NCBI RefSeq assembly: GCF_036321535.1
Contig: NC_087437.1
Location: forward strand, 75,332,001 to 75,396,000
Direction: 5' to 3'
Source: Camelus dromedarius
Lineage: Eukaryota
DNA: 64,000 nucleotides
Positions 51,491-62,830 of the stretch are shown here, in pieces; position 1 is the stretch's first letter; the number at the start of each line of letters is the position of its first letter. The notes beneath the pieces are model-generated. The model saw only the letters and a program-made list of their open reading frames with translations, had not been told where the DNA came from and ran no database searches. The translations under genes and the position numbers were made by a program.

Positions 51491-54448
51491 TTAAGATCAA
51501 AACTTGTATTGTTTTTTAATTAAATAGATACATTTATTTAGCAGCTACTTGTTTTGATTGCTTCCTTCTCACCCCAGTGGTGAGGGAGGGATTCCTATCC
51601 TAGGGCTATGGGGATAGATGAAGGTATGAACCTGACATTGGACAGATGAGATGGACAGCAGCTCATTAGTCACATATACTCACAGCCTGGGGGGTTGGGT
51701 GACGAAGACACTGTATGCCGCATGAGGCCACATGGTGGTTGCACTTGGGAGCAGAATGAATAAGCAAGAGCTGTGGGAGGTAGACTTTGTAGTAAATAAT
51801 AGGGTGAGATGACCATTGATTCCTACTGGAGGGTGTAATTGGCTTGTTTGAACAATTCCGTGGGTTGGCAGGGAAGTGAAACCCATTACTCAAGAAGAAG
51901 TAGGTGCTGTGCCTGTTCCCATGATAAAGAGGGCTGCTTTGCTAGAAGACCCAAACCATGACAGCACAGATGGGGGGAGGGGGGGCGGTGCCCAAGATTA
52001 GGTCATTTGAGGCTCTCCTGTATTTCCCCTGATGTCAAAGCACCCATCATGTTGGACCTTAATACTGGACTGCTGCATATATAACTTTGAATTAAGTGCT
52101 GTGGAAAACTTAAGCATTTGTTATAAATAGCACTTGCCCTTAGGAAGTATGCAGTCAAGAAGGAGATTTGTAAGTCTAATAAATGTAAAAATATGTGTCA
52201 GGGTAAATGTGGCAAAGGCACAGACAAAAGCCCACAGAATTTAGGAGAGCAGAGGTCACCTCTGCCTGCAGGAGTCTAGGAGGGCCTGGTGGGAAGGGGA
52301 CATAATTTCAGCTGGATCTGAAAAAATGGATATGATTTTGGCAGGTGAGAAGAGGAAGACAGTGAGCAGGTGGAGGGGCGGGCAAGAGCAAAAGCTGACA
52401 AACAGGAAAGCAATGGGCACGTTTCAAAATCTAGTTGGAGCTTAGACTATACAGAAGGAAGGATCTAGAAGTTAAAAAGGAGGATCAGATTGTGAAAGAT
52501 TTTAATGAATTTCTAACTTGTATTTAGGCAATGGGAAGCCAAAGAGTGTTCCGCACGGGACAATGGGGTAGTCAGAGATGCTTATGTTTTAATCTGGTGA
52601 GTTTGTGTGCTGGGTTTGGATGGGCAGAAAGGCTAGAGTTATCGCAGTTAAGAAGCTATTACAGCAGAGGAGAAAGAGGCCCTGAATCAGGATAGCGGAA
52701 GTGGAAATAGTAAGAAAGTGTCAGATGTAAAAGAGAGGAAGGCAGAATTGATAACATCTGAAGAGGAAGAGGTTGGAGTACTAACATTCAGAGTCAGGGC
52801 AACTGACTCAAACCATTTACTGTACAATATAGGACAATTGATGCTACAGGGCAGAACATGATTACTTTCTTCCTGACCTATTTGGAAATTAATTTGCTAG
52901 AGGGCCTCATATTTATTAGAAGTTTGGGGCCACCTAAGCATTGAAGAAATGGAGAAGACCCTGAAGAAACAATGTTTTTCCCTTCTCAGTGGTTTAATTG
53001 TTACATTTTGAGCTATGACATCTACTTGCTTTGCATAAAACTTCCATTCATCCTCAAAAAGAAGATGGCTTCATTGGAGTCCCAGGGAAATGGTTCTCAT
53101 GCATGGGAGGTAGCACTGCTTGAGACGGAGGCTGCTGCTCCTGGTGAGCCTTTGCCACAACCCTCATTAACAGGCACCATCCCAGGAGATGCTTATATTT
53201 TTAAATGACTCATCCTAGTGTTCACTGAGGGTTGACTATATGTATGGTAGGAAAATATGTGGTACAAAATGGAGTCCATGCCTCCAGAGCCTGCGCCAGT
53301 GAATGAACTGTTTACCAGATTCTCCCTCCTCCTCCTCCTTCTCCTCCACATTTCTCACTTCAGCAAGAACCCACAAGGTCAATGCTGCCAGAAGCAAGAC
53401 AAGTATTGTATCAGTTTCACTTAGAATATTTTGTCATCACTTAGAACACTTGATATATTTATTTGCTGCTTCATTCCCCACGTTGATGCTTGGGAGGAAG
53501 GAAGATGTCCAGGGCCCTTCAGAACAAGAGTTATTAGTAGATTGTTGTTCAATACATTTTCTATAAAATAAGGTTCTACATCTATGAGACTATACAAAAG
53601 AGGTAGAAAACCACAGTCCATATATTAGATTGATAGACTCAAGTAAATCAAAAATATGTTCTTCAAATATCTAATGATCCAAGGGAGACCTATCTGGATG
53701 GCTTTAGTGGAATAACTGAGAACTGAGGGTTCTAAACTACAAGCAATTTTTCTTCTAGTCTGTCACCCATCCAGAGGTTCGACTTGGAGTTGGTGTGTTC
53801 TCTCCCCATGAAAATATTCAAGCATAAGCTAACCTGCTTTTCAGAAGGAACTTGTAAAAAGGAATTTTAGGTGGGTTGGGCCAGACCTATAACGTCTCTC
53901 CCAAACCTGAGAGTCTGTGGTTCATAGGTACAAAGAGTTGATAGAGAATCATGAAATCTGTGTTGTTGGGCCAAGGGGTCACAGTTCCATCTTGGAACTC
54001 TCATGACATTTTCTCTGTTCCTCTGTCTTATTTGCTTTGTAGTCTCCATACCATGTACATGTCTCATCTTCTCAGTTAGATGCTCCGCAGCCAGAGCCTA
54101 TGTCTGATTATTCTGTTATAATCCAAAGTGTTTGGTACAGTGATTTGTTCATAGAAGGCACTTCAGAAATATTTGTGGAGTAGATAAATGAAGATATAAA
54201 TACACAAAGAGATATGCAAATGTAGGAATCCTTGATTTCTGCCCCTCAAACCTGTCTTTCCCCATGTGTATGTACTCCATATTGGATCATGGCAGCATCC
54301 ATTCGCTCAAGCCAAAAACCTGGTCATCTTAACTCTTTCTACAACACCCCACGTTCTGTCCATCAGTAGGTTGTGACCCAGCTCTACTTTTCACCTGCAA
54401 GACGCGTCAGTGATTTCTCACAGTCTCCAGCACTCTCACTTGTCTGGA

Positions 54449-54825
54449 TCAGGGGTCAGCAAACAATGGCTCAGTGGGCCAAAGCAAGTCTGTAGCCTAT
54501 TTTTGTAAATAAAGTTTTAATGCCACATTGTCACACCCATTTTGTTTACATGTCGTCAGCTGCTGCTTTCAGGGCTGGTTGGCTTAACTGCTGAGGTGCA
54601 ACCTTTATTTTTATTATTAAAGTCTAAAACCTTTATTATGTGTCCACTTAGAGAAAAAGTTTGCTGACAGGGTCATCAGTTTTCTATCACATATTCCTTT
54701 TTTGTTAGGTTTTTTTTTTTTTAACAACCCTTTAAAAATGTAAAAACCATTATTAGCTCACTGGCTTTCCAATACAGACAGACCACAGGCAGGATTGAAC
54801 CACAGGCTTGACTTTGCCAACCCTG
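54449..54825. mobile_element. MER58-like hAT elements inserted in an L2
   Basis: caggggtcagcaaac...tttttgtaaataaagtttt...aaaagtttgctgac and ...ctttgccaaccctg termini. Confidence 0.7.
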
Positions 54826-54839
54826 GTTCTAAACAATTA

Positions 54840-55400
54840 ATCCTTTTAAGCATAAATCTAATCACATCATTCCATGTTAAATATCTCCAAAGTCTTCCCA
54901 ATGCACTTAAAATAAAATCCAAACGTCTTACCACAGCCCATAAGGCCTTTGGGACCCAGTCCTGCTTACCTCTCCTACCACAGGCTCCCTCCGACCAGCT
55001 TTGCTCTGTCCACACTTGTCTCTGGCAGGACATCAAAGTTGCCAAGGGTGCTCCTTCCTTGGGGCCTCTGCACTTTCATTTTTCTGCCCAGAATACTTGC
55101 ACCAGATGTTCTCAGGATTTGCATTTCTCACTCAGGTCAGAGGGCTTTACCCAACTATCCTACTGAAATAGCTCTCACACAGCCCCAGTTATACTGTCTC
55201 TTTCCTTTGCATGATTTCTTCAGAGCACTTACGTGAAACTGAGTTATTTATTTTTCCTTTACTTGTCTGTTGTCTGTCTGCTGCCCAGAAGGTAAGCACT
55301 GGGAGGACAGACACTTTGTGTATGTGGTTCATGGCCACATTGCCAGCTTCTACTGGTGCCTGGTACCTAGGAGGTCTTTAATACATATTTGTTGAATAGA
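54840..55400 (+). mobile_element. LINE-2 3' region
   Basis: gcacttaaaataaaatccaaa, ggggcctctgcactt and terminal atatttgttgaata motifs. Confidence 0.7.
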
Positions 55401-55541
55401 TGGTTAGCTAGCTGTATGTAGTGAATATCTTTTCCCCTTGTCAACTAATTAGGTTCCTGGGAAATAATTTACACTGACCCCCTACTGACAATACTGTTTA
55501 TTGGTATTTTTTTAACTGCTTTTTATATGTATCTCCAATAG

Positions 55542-55718
55542 CCAATGGGCATTTTTTCCATCCTTGAAGAGGAATGTATGTTTCATCAGGCTACAGATAT
55601 GAGTTTCAAGACCAAACTTTTTGATAACCATTTTGGAAAGTCGGTTCATTTCCAGAAGCCCAAGCCTGGCAATAAGAACTACGAAGCTCACTTTGAACTT
55701 GTCCATTATGCAGGAGTG
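55542..55718 (+). CDS. MYH15: MYH15 coding exon 15 ([19 protein letters not shown]...[12 protein letters not shown])
   Basis: Acceptor ctccaatag; donor GTG|gtaagt; PMGI.SILEEEC and HF.LVHYAG motifs. Confidence 0.95.
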
Positions 55719-56174
55719 GTAAGTTACCTCTGGACCCTCAGCCCTGAATTCCCCTGACTGTTTCAAATGTGTTTAGCCAAAATCCTTAGAGAATATATAA
55801 GTGAAGTTTAGATTAAATGAAGAGATAAAAAAATTTCGGTTCCAGAAAAAAAGTTGGTGTAGCCTTTTAACAGTTAGGAAACAAAACACCCATACTAGAG
55901 GTCAGAAATCTCAAAATAGACTCGTCACCCCAACTCAAAGTAAGACAACTTCAGAAAGTTATGGAGGCCATCAAAGACATGGGTTTTTCCTTGTTTGTCT
56001 TTCCTTTCAACTTGACATTGTGTGAATGAGTGATTTCAATTCATCTTTTATTGAAGTTTAAAAAAATTTTTCTCATAAAGAAATGGTCACTGTTAAGTAA
56101 TGGTCTCAAACTATGACCAACAAAGATTCCTAATGACCCTCATGCCCTCTCCTCATTTCTCTACCAGGAGGGGG

Positions 56175-56226
56175 GTGTGTGTGTGTGTGTCTGTGTGTAC
56201 GTGTACGTGTACTTGTACGTGTGTGC
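56175..56226 (+). repeat. (GT)n / (GTGTAC)n compound microsatellite
   Basis: gtgtgt...gtgtacgtgtacgtgtacttgtacgtgtgtgc. Confidence 0.85.
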
Positions 56227-56805
56227 ATCATGCCCCTTCTTTCTGCTTTTATGCTCTGGTCAGTGATTCTGGATGGAACAGAAAGAGAACAGATGAAAGA
56301 TAAAATAATACTTCAACCTAAGAATGACCTGTCAACTGTACATAGATATGCTTGTTAATGTTCTTCTTTGATATCCTTGAATATTAATTAAAGTGATATT
56401 TACAGTAAAATACCATGGTAATTGACCATGTTTTTTTGGCTGCTCACTGTGTGTCAGATACAGGTGGGTTATTCCATCTGCTCTTGCCTATGAAGGGGGG
56501 CTGATGTGAATTGTCTCTACTGGAAACGCCATCTATTTCCTCCTCCCTCTCCCTCTCTTGCTGTTCCCCTCCCTCCCTACCTCCCTCCTCTTCTCTTCCT
56601 TTCTCTCCACAATGTAAATGGTAAAGCTGAGAATCTCTTTGGGTTGAGCATAGATTTCTGGAGTATTTATTCAGCACTGTTACATTAAACTGATTGAAAA
56701 GTTAAAGGATCCACACAATTTATGATTTCTTAAGGCATACACAATTTGCTAAGTTAATTTATGCATTCTCTTCTTTTGTTACCTGAATTGCATGCCTTTC
56801 CAAAG

Positions 56806-56938
56806 GTGCCTTATAACATCAGTGGCTGGCTTGAAAAGAACAAAGACTTTCTTAATGAAACAGTGGTGGCTGTGTTTCAGAAGTCATCTAACAGTCTCCT
56901 GGCAAACCTTTTTGAAAATTACATCAGTACCAACACTG
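56806..56938 (+). CDS. MYH15: MYH15 coding exon 16 ([44 protein letters not shown])
   Basis: Acceptor ctttccaaag; donor G|gtgagt. Confidence 0.94.
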
Positions 56939-57566
56939 GTGAGTCGAACAATCTTTCTCAATTTTTCAGCCTTAGAATGGAACTCATGTCTGCCTTAGTG
57001 TTTATAAAAATCCTGGCTTCGTTCCTGTCATATCTGTGTTTGTTCCCTGTGGCCTGAGTCATCCCCTCTTACTAGCCTTTCCATCCTCTGGCTGGTGATT
57101 CTTCGGGAAAACAGTGCTCTAAAGTAGATAGATTTCAAGGAGACTGCTCCAGCCCACTTTTATCTTCTCCTCAAGCCACCTGCAAAGAGAGAGCAGCAAA
57201 CTATGTTTTGATAAATGATTTGGGGGAAATAACAAGCCCCTTTAATACATATCCCCCAGATATCTTGAAATGCTCCTTCACAGTGTTCTCAGAGTGCAGT
57301 AACTTGGGGTTATTATAAGCTTTATGAGGGCAGGAATCAGGTCTGATTGTAGCCTCAAACATGTAGCCAAATTCCCATTTAGCAGGTACTCCATAAATAC
57401 TTGTTGAACAACTAATAACTAATCTTGTTTAGCAGTTTGTAATTCATAAAGCATTTTTCGATGCACTACCTTACTGAATCCTTGTCATGACCCTTTCAGA
57501 TACCTATAGAGAGAAGTCTCTCCCTATCTTACAGGAGCAAGTACAGAAGAATTAAGTAGCACCCCC

Positions 57567-57883
57567 AGTTTCACAAATCAACTCTTAAAAGATAAACTCA
57601 GGCATATTAAAATTTTTAAGAGTTTATTTGAGCAAAAACTGATTCAAAATAGGCAGCACCAGAAGTGGTTAAAAGCATCCCACCGACAGGAGCTCAGGGA
57701 AAGGCTTTTACGGAGAAAAGGCAGAAGCAAAATGAGGACATGTTGACTGGCTGTTGCTTAAAACCCAGGTGGCTGTTTGTGATTGGTTGTCCTTAGCGTT
57801 TTGATGTTGTAAACTTGGGGCATTTACAGGCTTAGTTCTCGGTTTGCTTACTTAGGCTGCCACGACATTAGAGCTACTTAACA
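57567..57883 (-). mobile_element. Probable ERV1-type LTR
   Basis: aagagtttatttgagc motif shared with the 29036 LTR; gattggtt (antisense CCAAT). Boundaries are approximate. Confidence 0.55.
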
Positions 57884-59915
57884 TCACTAAGTGGCGAAGC
57901 CGAGGGAGAAAGCAGGACTTCTGCTTCCTCGTCTTGGGCCTGTTCCACTCTCACCATCTCCCAGATACAAAACAGAGAGATGGACAGGCTACCTGGATTT
58001 AGGATACAATTCAGATTTCTGCGCCATGATACAGACACTGAGCCCAAGTTGTTGACATCACCTTCACATCTGGACAACTGCTAGCTGCAGAGGGAAGCTC
58101 TTCAGGATTCATAGCAAACGTGCAGGTTGGCAGCCCCAGAGCAGAACCTGGTCTTCAAACATGTTTGGTCCACACAGTTTTTAAAAAATCAGAAGGTCCC
58201 ACATACATGTTTGGATTTCCCTTTTGCTTTGAAAAATGGAAATTATGGGAACATAGAAAATCTGGCCAGCCTGGTTTCAGAGGCCCTTGTGGCAGTGGGG
58301 CAAAGGGTACCAGCTGTTCTCTGAGTGAGGTGTGCTCTCACTTTCTAACATTCTCACCTTGCTATTATCTTACACCCAGCGTCAGGTTAACTCCTGCCCG
58401 CTGGAGCCTGCTTTGGGAGTCCTGATTGACGTGGTCAGGGAATGGAGAGAGAATTTAGCACTTCTGGCTTCATTAGCACGTGATGATGTAATTTAGGAGC
58501 AGGTCACTGCCTGAAATCCTATTGGCCTGTCTCAAGAGGAGGTTGAGAAATGGAAGCTATTGTGTTTGGACCCTGAAAACCTTCAGGCAGTGCATTTGCC
58601 TGATTCTAATAGCCCCTAAAGTGCCCCATATGAAGTCTCTTAGATAGTGGCCACATCAGTGTATGGCTCACAGATGAGTAATTCTTGGATCATGAGAGAT
58701 CAGAGAGTGGTTTGGGTAGAGAATTAGAGAGGAAATCATCTTCTGACTCTTCAGGGTGTGCTGTGTTCTTTTGAACTGGAAGAGAAAAATTGTCCCAAAT
58801 GTCCTTTTTTTGTAATTTTGTAAGCACGCCCTGAAAACACTTGCCTCCAAGTTTCTGACTCATTCAAACATTAAATTACCCCTAATAACCGTACTTTGTT
58901 CGGGGAATCTAAGTACTTTAAACCAGTCATAATTCTTTTAAAACATTAGTGGAAAGTAGTAGTAGTCCTCTTTCATGGGCAGAAAAATGGAAGTGCAAGG
59001 AAGTCAGGTGACTCACGGAGGGCCTGGGATGTGGCAATAGGACAGCAGTGATGCAACTTTATGACATCTGCCTCAGCACAGTTACTACTCAGGCTAGAGA
59101 ATATTTTATTAGTTTTTCACATTTACAGCTGGCCCATTTTCTCCAGATTGCCTATAGGTTTTGTTGGTGGTGGAGGTGGTGTACATCTTCATGAATCAGC
59201 ACTGCACAAATGTTTGTAAAACAACTTGGCTTAGCGTAGATTCTTTAGCTTCAAGAAGATGGGCATGGATTATTTTTTTGTAAATCATAAAAGTAATGCA
59301 TGAATGTTGCCCCAAACACAGACAATACAGAAAAACTAAAATATGGGAACATAAAAATTACCTATAATCTCACAGAGAGAGATAGCAACTGCTAAACTTT
59401 GGTGTGTACTCTACCCAACATTTTTATGTACATGGTCACCCATGATACTTTAAAACACACTTAAAAACATGTATGTACACTCAAGATCATAACGTACGAA
59501 CTATTTTGTAGCCTAATTTTTCTCTCAAAATAAATCCTGGAAATCTTTCCATGCCAGTGATATGGATCTACATCATCATTTTAAAAGATCACAGTGTTTC
59601 ATTGTATACATATTCTTTCATAATTTAACTAACCAATCCCCCTTTGATAGACATTTGTTGACATTTTTATTTTTGGCTTAATTTTTTTTAAATTAAACAA
59701 CACTGCAGTGAATGTCTTTGCACAGTTGCCTGATTATTTCCTCAAGGAAAAACACCAAATATAGACTTTTTGTGTTGAGACATAAATATTTTTAAAGCCT
59801 TTGGTAGACATCACCATATTGCTTCTAGAACTTTGACACATTTATGCTTTCATCAGCAGGGCTTGGTAATGTGACAAAAAGAGCCCTTTTCTTACTTTTT
59901 TCCTTCTTTTTTTAG

Positions 59916-59983
59916 CTCTACAGTTTGGGGAGAAGAAACGCAAGAAAGGAGCTTCATTCCAAATGGTTGCATCTCTGCATAAA
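59916..59983 (+). CDS. MYH15: MYH15 coding exon 17 (loop 2, ALQFGEKKRKKGASFQMVASLHK)
   Basis: Acceptor ttcttttttttag; donor AAA|gtaatt; this acceptor preserves the frame. Confidence 0.92.
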
Positions 59984-60136
59984 GTAATTTTTAATTGCAT
60001 CTATTCATATATTAACTGCCTCACAATCTGCATATGTTATTACTTATTGGGAATTTTACATCTTCAAATAAGGATAAAGTATCTGAAATTAACCAAGTTG
60101 GAAAAGTTGACATTTATCTTGATATTAATGGGCTTT

Positions 60137-60520
60137 AGTGGACACCACCGGTATCCCACTTACATCCCCTTTATCCTCTTCCCTCCCCACCCCCTAATCT
60201 GCACCCATCTTACAGCTGATGAGAATATTGGCCCCAGACAACTCACAGTTGCCAGGATTGCCCTTGGTCAGATGGGAAGCCCAGCTGTTTTCTTACCCTC
60301 TCCTCCGGACTCTGGCCCCTCTTTTGCCTCAAGGAGGTACCAACTGTTGTACAATTGATGCATTTGTGCTTAGAGCCCCTGCAAGAATCAGACTCAGCTG
60401 AATTCTCACCATTGCTTTTTTTCTCTCCTGCCCTACTCAGCTTCCCTCCTTCTCCAAGTAAACCTCTCGAACCAGAATCCCCAGCTCAGATTCTGCTTCC
60501 AGACAGTCTGACCTAAGATA
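60137..60520 (+). mobile_element. Probable LTR16-like (ERVL) LTR
   Basis: Ends ...ctcagattctgcttccag...gacctaagata, resembling recalled LTR16 3' ends. Confidence 0.55.
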
Positions 60521-60843
60521 AAAATTTCCAGACAGAAAACTTGAGAAACAGTTTCTCTCCTCAAGCCATTTAATGTTACCCATTCATGAATTATTGCTAT
60601 CAAATTTAAAATGAGTAGATAAGATTCACAACAGAACCATGTCTGTCAGGTAATATTGGCTCATCACGGGAAGGAAATAATGTATGTTTGGTAAGCAGGG
60701 AAGAATATTGAATTCATTGTTTTATTGTTGGTATGCATCTGGCTTTAAGATTAAGCTGATCAACATGGAGACTTTTGTGAGGTGGCTTGGTGTTTTTAAT
60801 GATTTGAAAAGTAATTTTTTGTTGGTTATGGTCTCTATTTTAG

Positions 60844-60931
60844 GAAAACCTAAATAAATTGATGACTAATCTGAAATCAGCAGCACCTCATTTTGTGAGA
60901 TGCATAAATCCCAATGTGAACAAAATGCCAG
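60844..60931 (+). CDS. MYH15: MYH15 coding exon 18 ([29 protein letters not shown])
   Basis: Acceptor ctattttag; donor G|gtaagt; PHFVRC motif. Confidence 0.95.
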
Positions 60932-61489
60932 GTAAGTCAACTTCTTCATAATCCACACTAGGAAATACATTTGATTTAAGCTATATTGAATGTCTTCGCA
61001 AGAAACATTTATGAGTTTCTTTTATATAAAAGCTAGATTTTCAGATAGAAAAACAAGTTGAAAGTGAGGTTTTCAGAACCTCCTCAAGAATGCCTTTGAA
61101 TTGAGATTCAAGTGGATGTAAAGAAGGGTTTCACAAAGCATACTCTATTGGGTAATATTAGAATGCTTGATATTACCATTTAAGTTCCTCCTTGAATTTC
61201 ATGCTGAAACCTGAATGAGCTTCTATGCCATTGTCTATAAGGGCAAAGTATAATAAAAAGGGATTGAATAATCAGTTGGGGGATTAAGGTAGATATTTCA
61301 GCATGAAGGAAATCATTTGGTTTAAATTATCTAAAATGACCATAAAGACAGTTTCTAAATCCATATCTAATTGTTAAGAACTCCCTCTAGTCTTCCTTCA
61401 CAATACAAATATATCCCCTCTCCTGATATAGGTACTCCCCTCAGTACCCATTTCTTTAGTTCTGTACTTCCGGGCTTTTTAAAAGAAAT

Positions 61490-62830
61490 GTTTTTTTTTT
61501 TCCTCTAGTATTATTGAGATACAATTGATAAACAGCATTGTATAAGTTTAAGGTGTACAGCATAACGGTCTGCTTTAACATATATCATGAAATGATGACC
61601 ACAAGTTTAGTTAGCTTCCATCATCTCATACAAATACAAGGAAAATAGAAAAGATATTTTTTCCTTGTGATGATAACTCATAAAACTTACTCTCTTAATA
61701 ACTTTCAGTATACCATACTGCAATGTTAATTATAGTCTTTATGTGGCACATCACATCCCCAGTACTTATTTATCTTAAAAATAGACTTCTGTACCTTTTG
61801 ACCAACTTCATCCAATTTCCCCCACCCCCACGTCTGGTAACCACAAATTGAACCTCTTTTTCTATGAGGATTTTTTTTTTAAGATTCCGCATATAAGTGC
61901 ATTTGATATTTTCACCGTAAGCTTCTTGGTTATAAACATCTTTGCCCCAAGTATTTTTGCCACAAACGTTTTCTTTGTGTAACTAATTGGCTATAAGGCA
62001 ATTTTGCCATAAGAAGTAAGATAACATACAATAAAAATAAATAACAAAGTTAAAAAGACTTTACTGTGAGATATAAACTATTTAAATATGTTTAAAATGT
62101 GTGTAGATTGATGGCAATACTGATTTTACTTTGTGGGCTGCACCTCAGCATTTATCTTCAATATCATTGTTTATAGTTCATTATACATTTTTGGCTTGTT
62201 GATTTGTCTCCTCATTCAGCATCACACTTTTTCTTCTTTGCTAAAATTTCTTCCCTCATTGAGAGAGGTATCAGTTTCCAAATATTATACATGTTTGTAA
62301 CTGAGCTTTGTATTGTGTTGTGAAAGCTTTCCACACTTGTTTGTCATGGCATGTTGTCACATGTCTGTTGGTAGACATTCCAAGTTCTATGGGAAATGTG
62401 GGTTCAACTCTGTGCCTTCGAGGCCCTTGACCTCTTTCAGATTTATGTAATATAAAAATGGGAGTACAGTGTTGATGGAGAAATGACTGTCAGCCAGTTG
62501 TCTTATCTTTTATGGCAAAATTGTTGCATGGTCAGTTAGTTATATGGCAAAAATGTTTGTGGCAAAAATACTTTTGGCAAAGAAACTTATGGTGAAAATA
62601 CCTAAAACCATAAATGAGATCATATGACATTTCTCTTTCTCATCTGACTTATTTCACATAGCATAATGCCTTCAAGGGCTACCCATGTTGTCACATATAG
62701 CAGGATTTCCTCCTTTTCATGGCTGAATAATATTCCTCTCTGTGTGTATCACAACTTTTTTATCTATTCATCCATCAGTGGACACTTAGAATGTTTCCAT
62801 GTTTTCATGTCTTGGCTTTTGTAGTAGATA
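61490..62830 (-). mobile_element. L1 (L1MA-like) 3' region interrupted by a DNA transposon
   Basis: T-run then attattgagatacaattga...ggtaaccacaaa...agattccgcatataagtg; resumes at 62610 with ataaatgagatcatatg...ctgacttatttcacatagcataatg. Confidence 0.8.
61899..62609 (-). mobile_element. Internally deleted Mutator-like (MULE/MuDR) DNA transposon
   Basis: Imperfect TIRs of ~110-125 bp (61899-62024 and 62498-62609) built from ttttgcc repeats. The minus strand translates, with one frameshift and stops, as ...PTFPIE-WNVYQQTCDNMP*QTSVESFHN...NIWKLI...SIAINL. Confidence 0.75.

Noticed and set aside
2149..60931. Calling MYH15 a pseudogene
   Set aside because: There is no stop, frameshift or broken GT/AG in the 18 visible exons. 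Inactivating lesions, if any, would lie outside the window.
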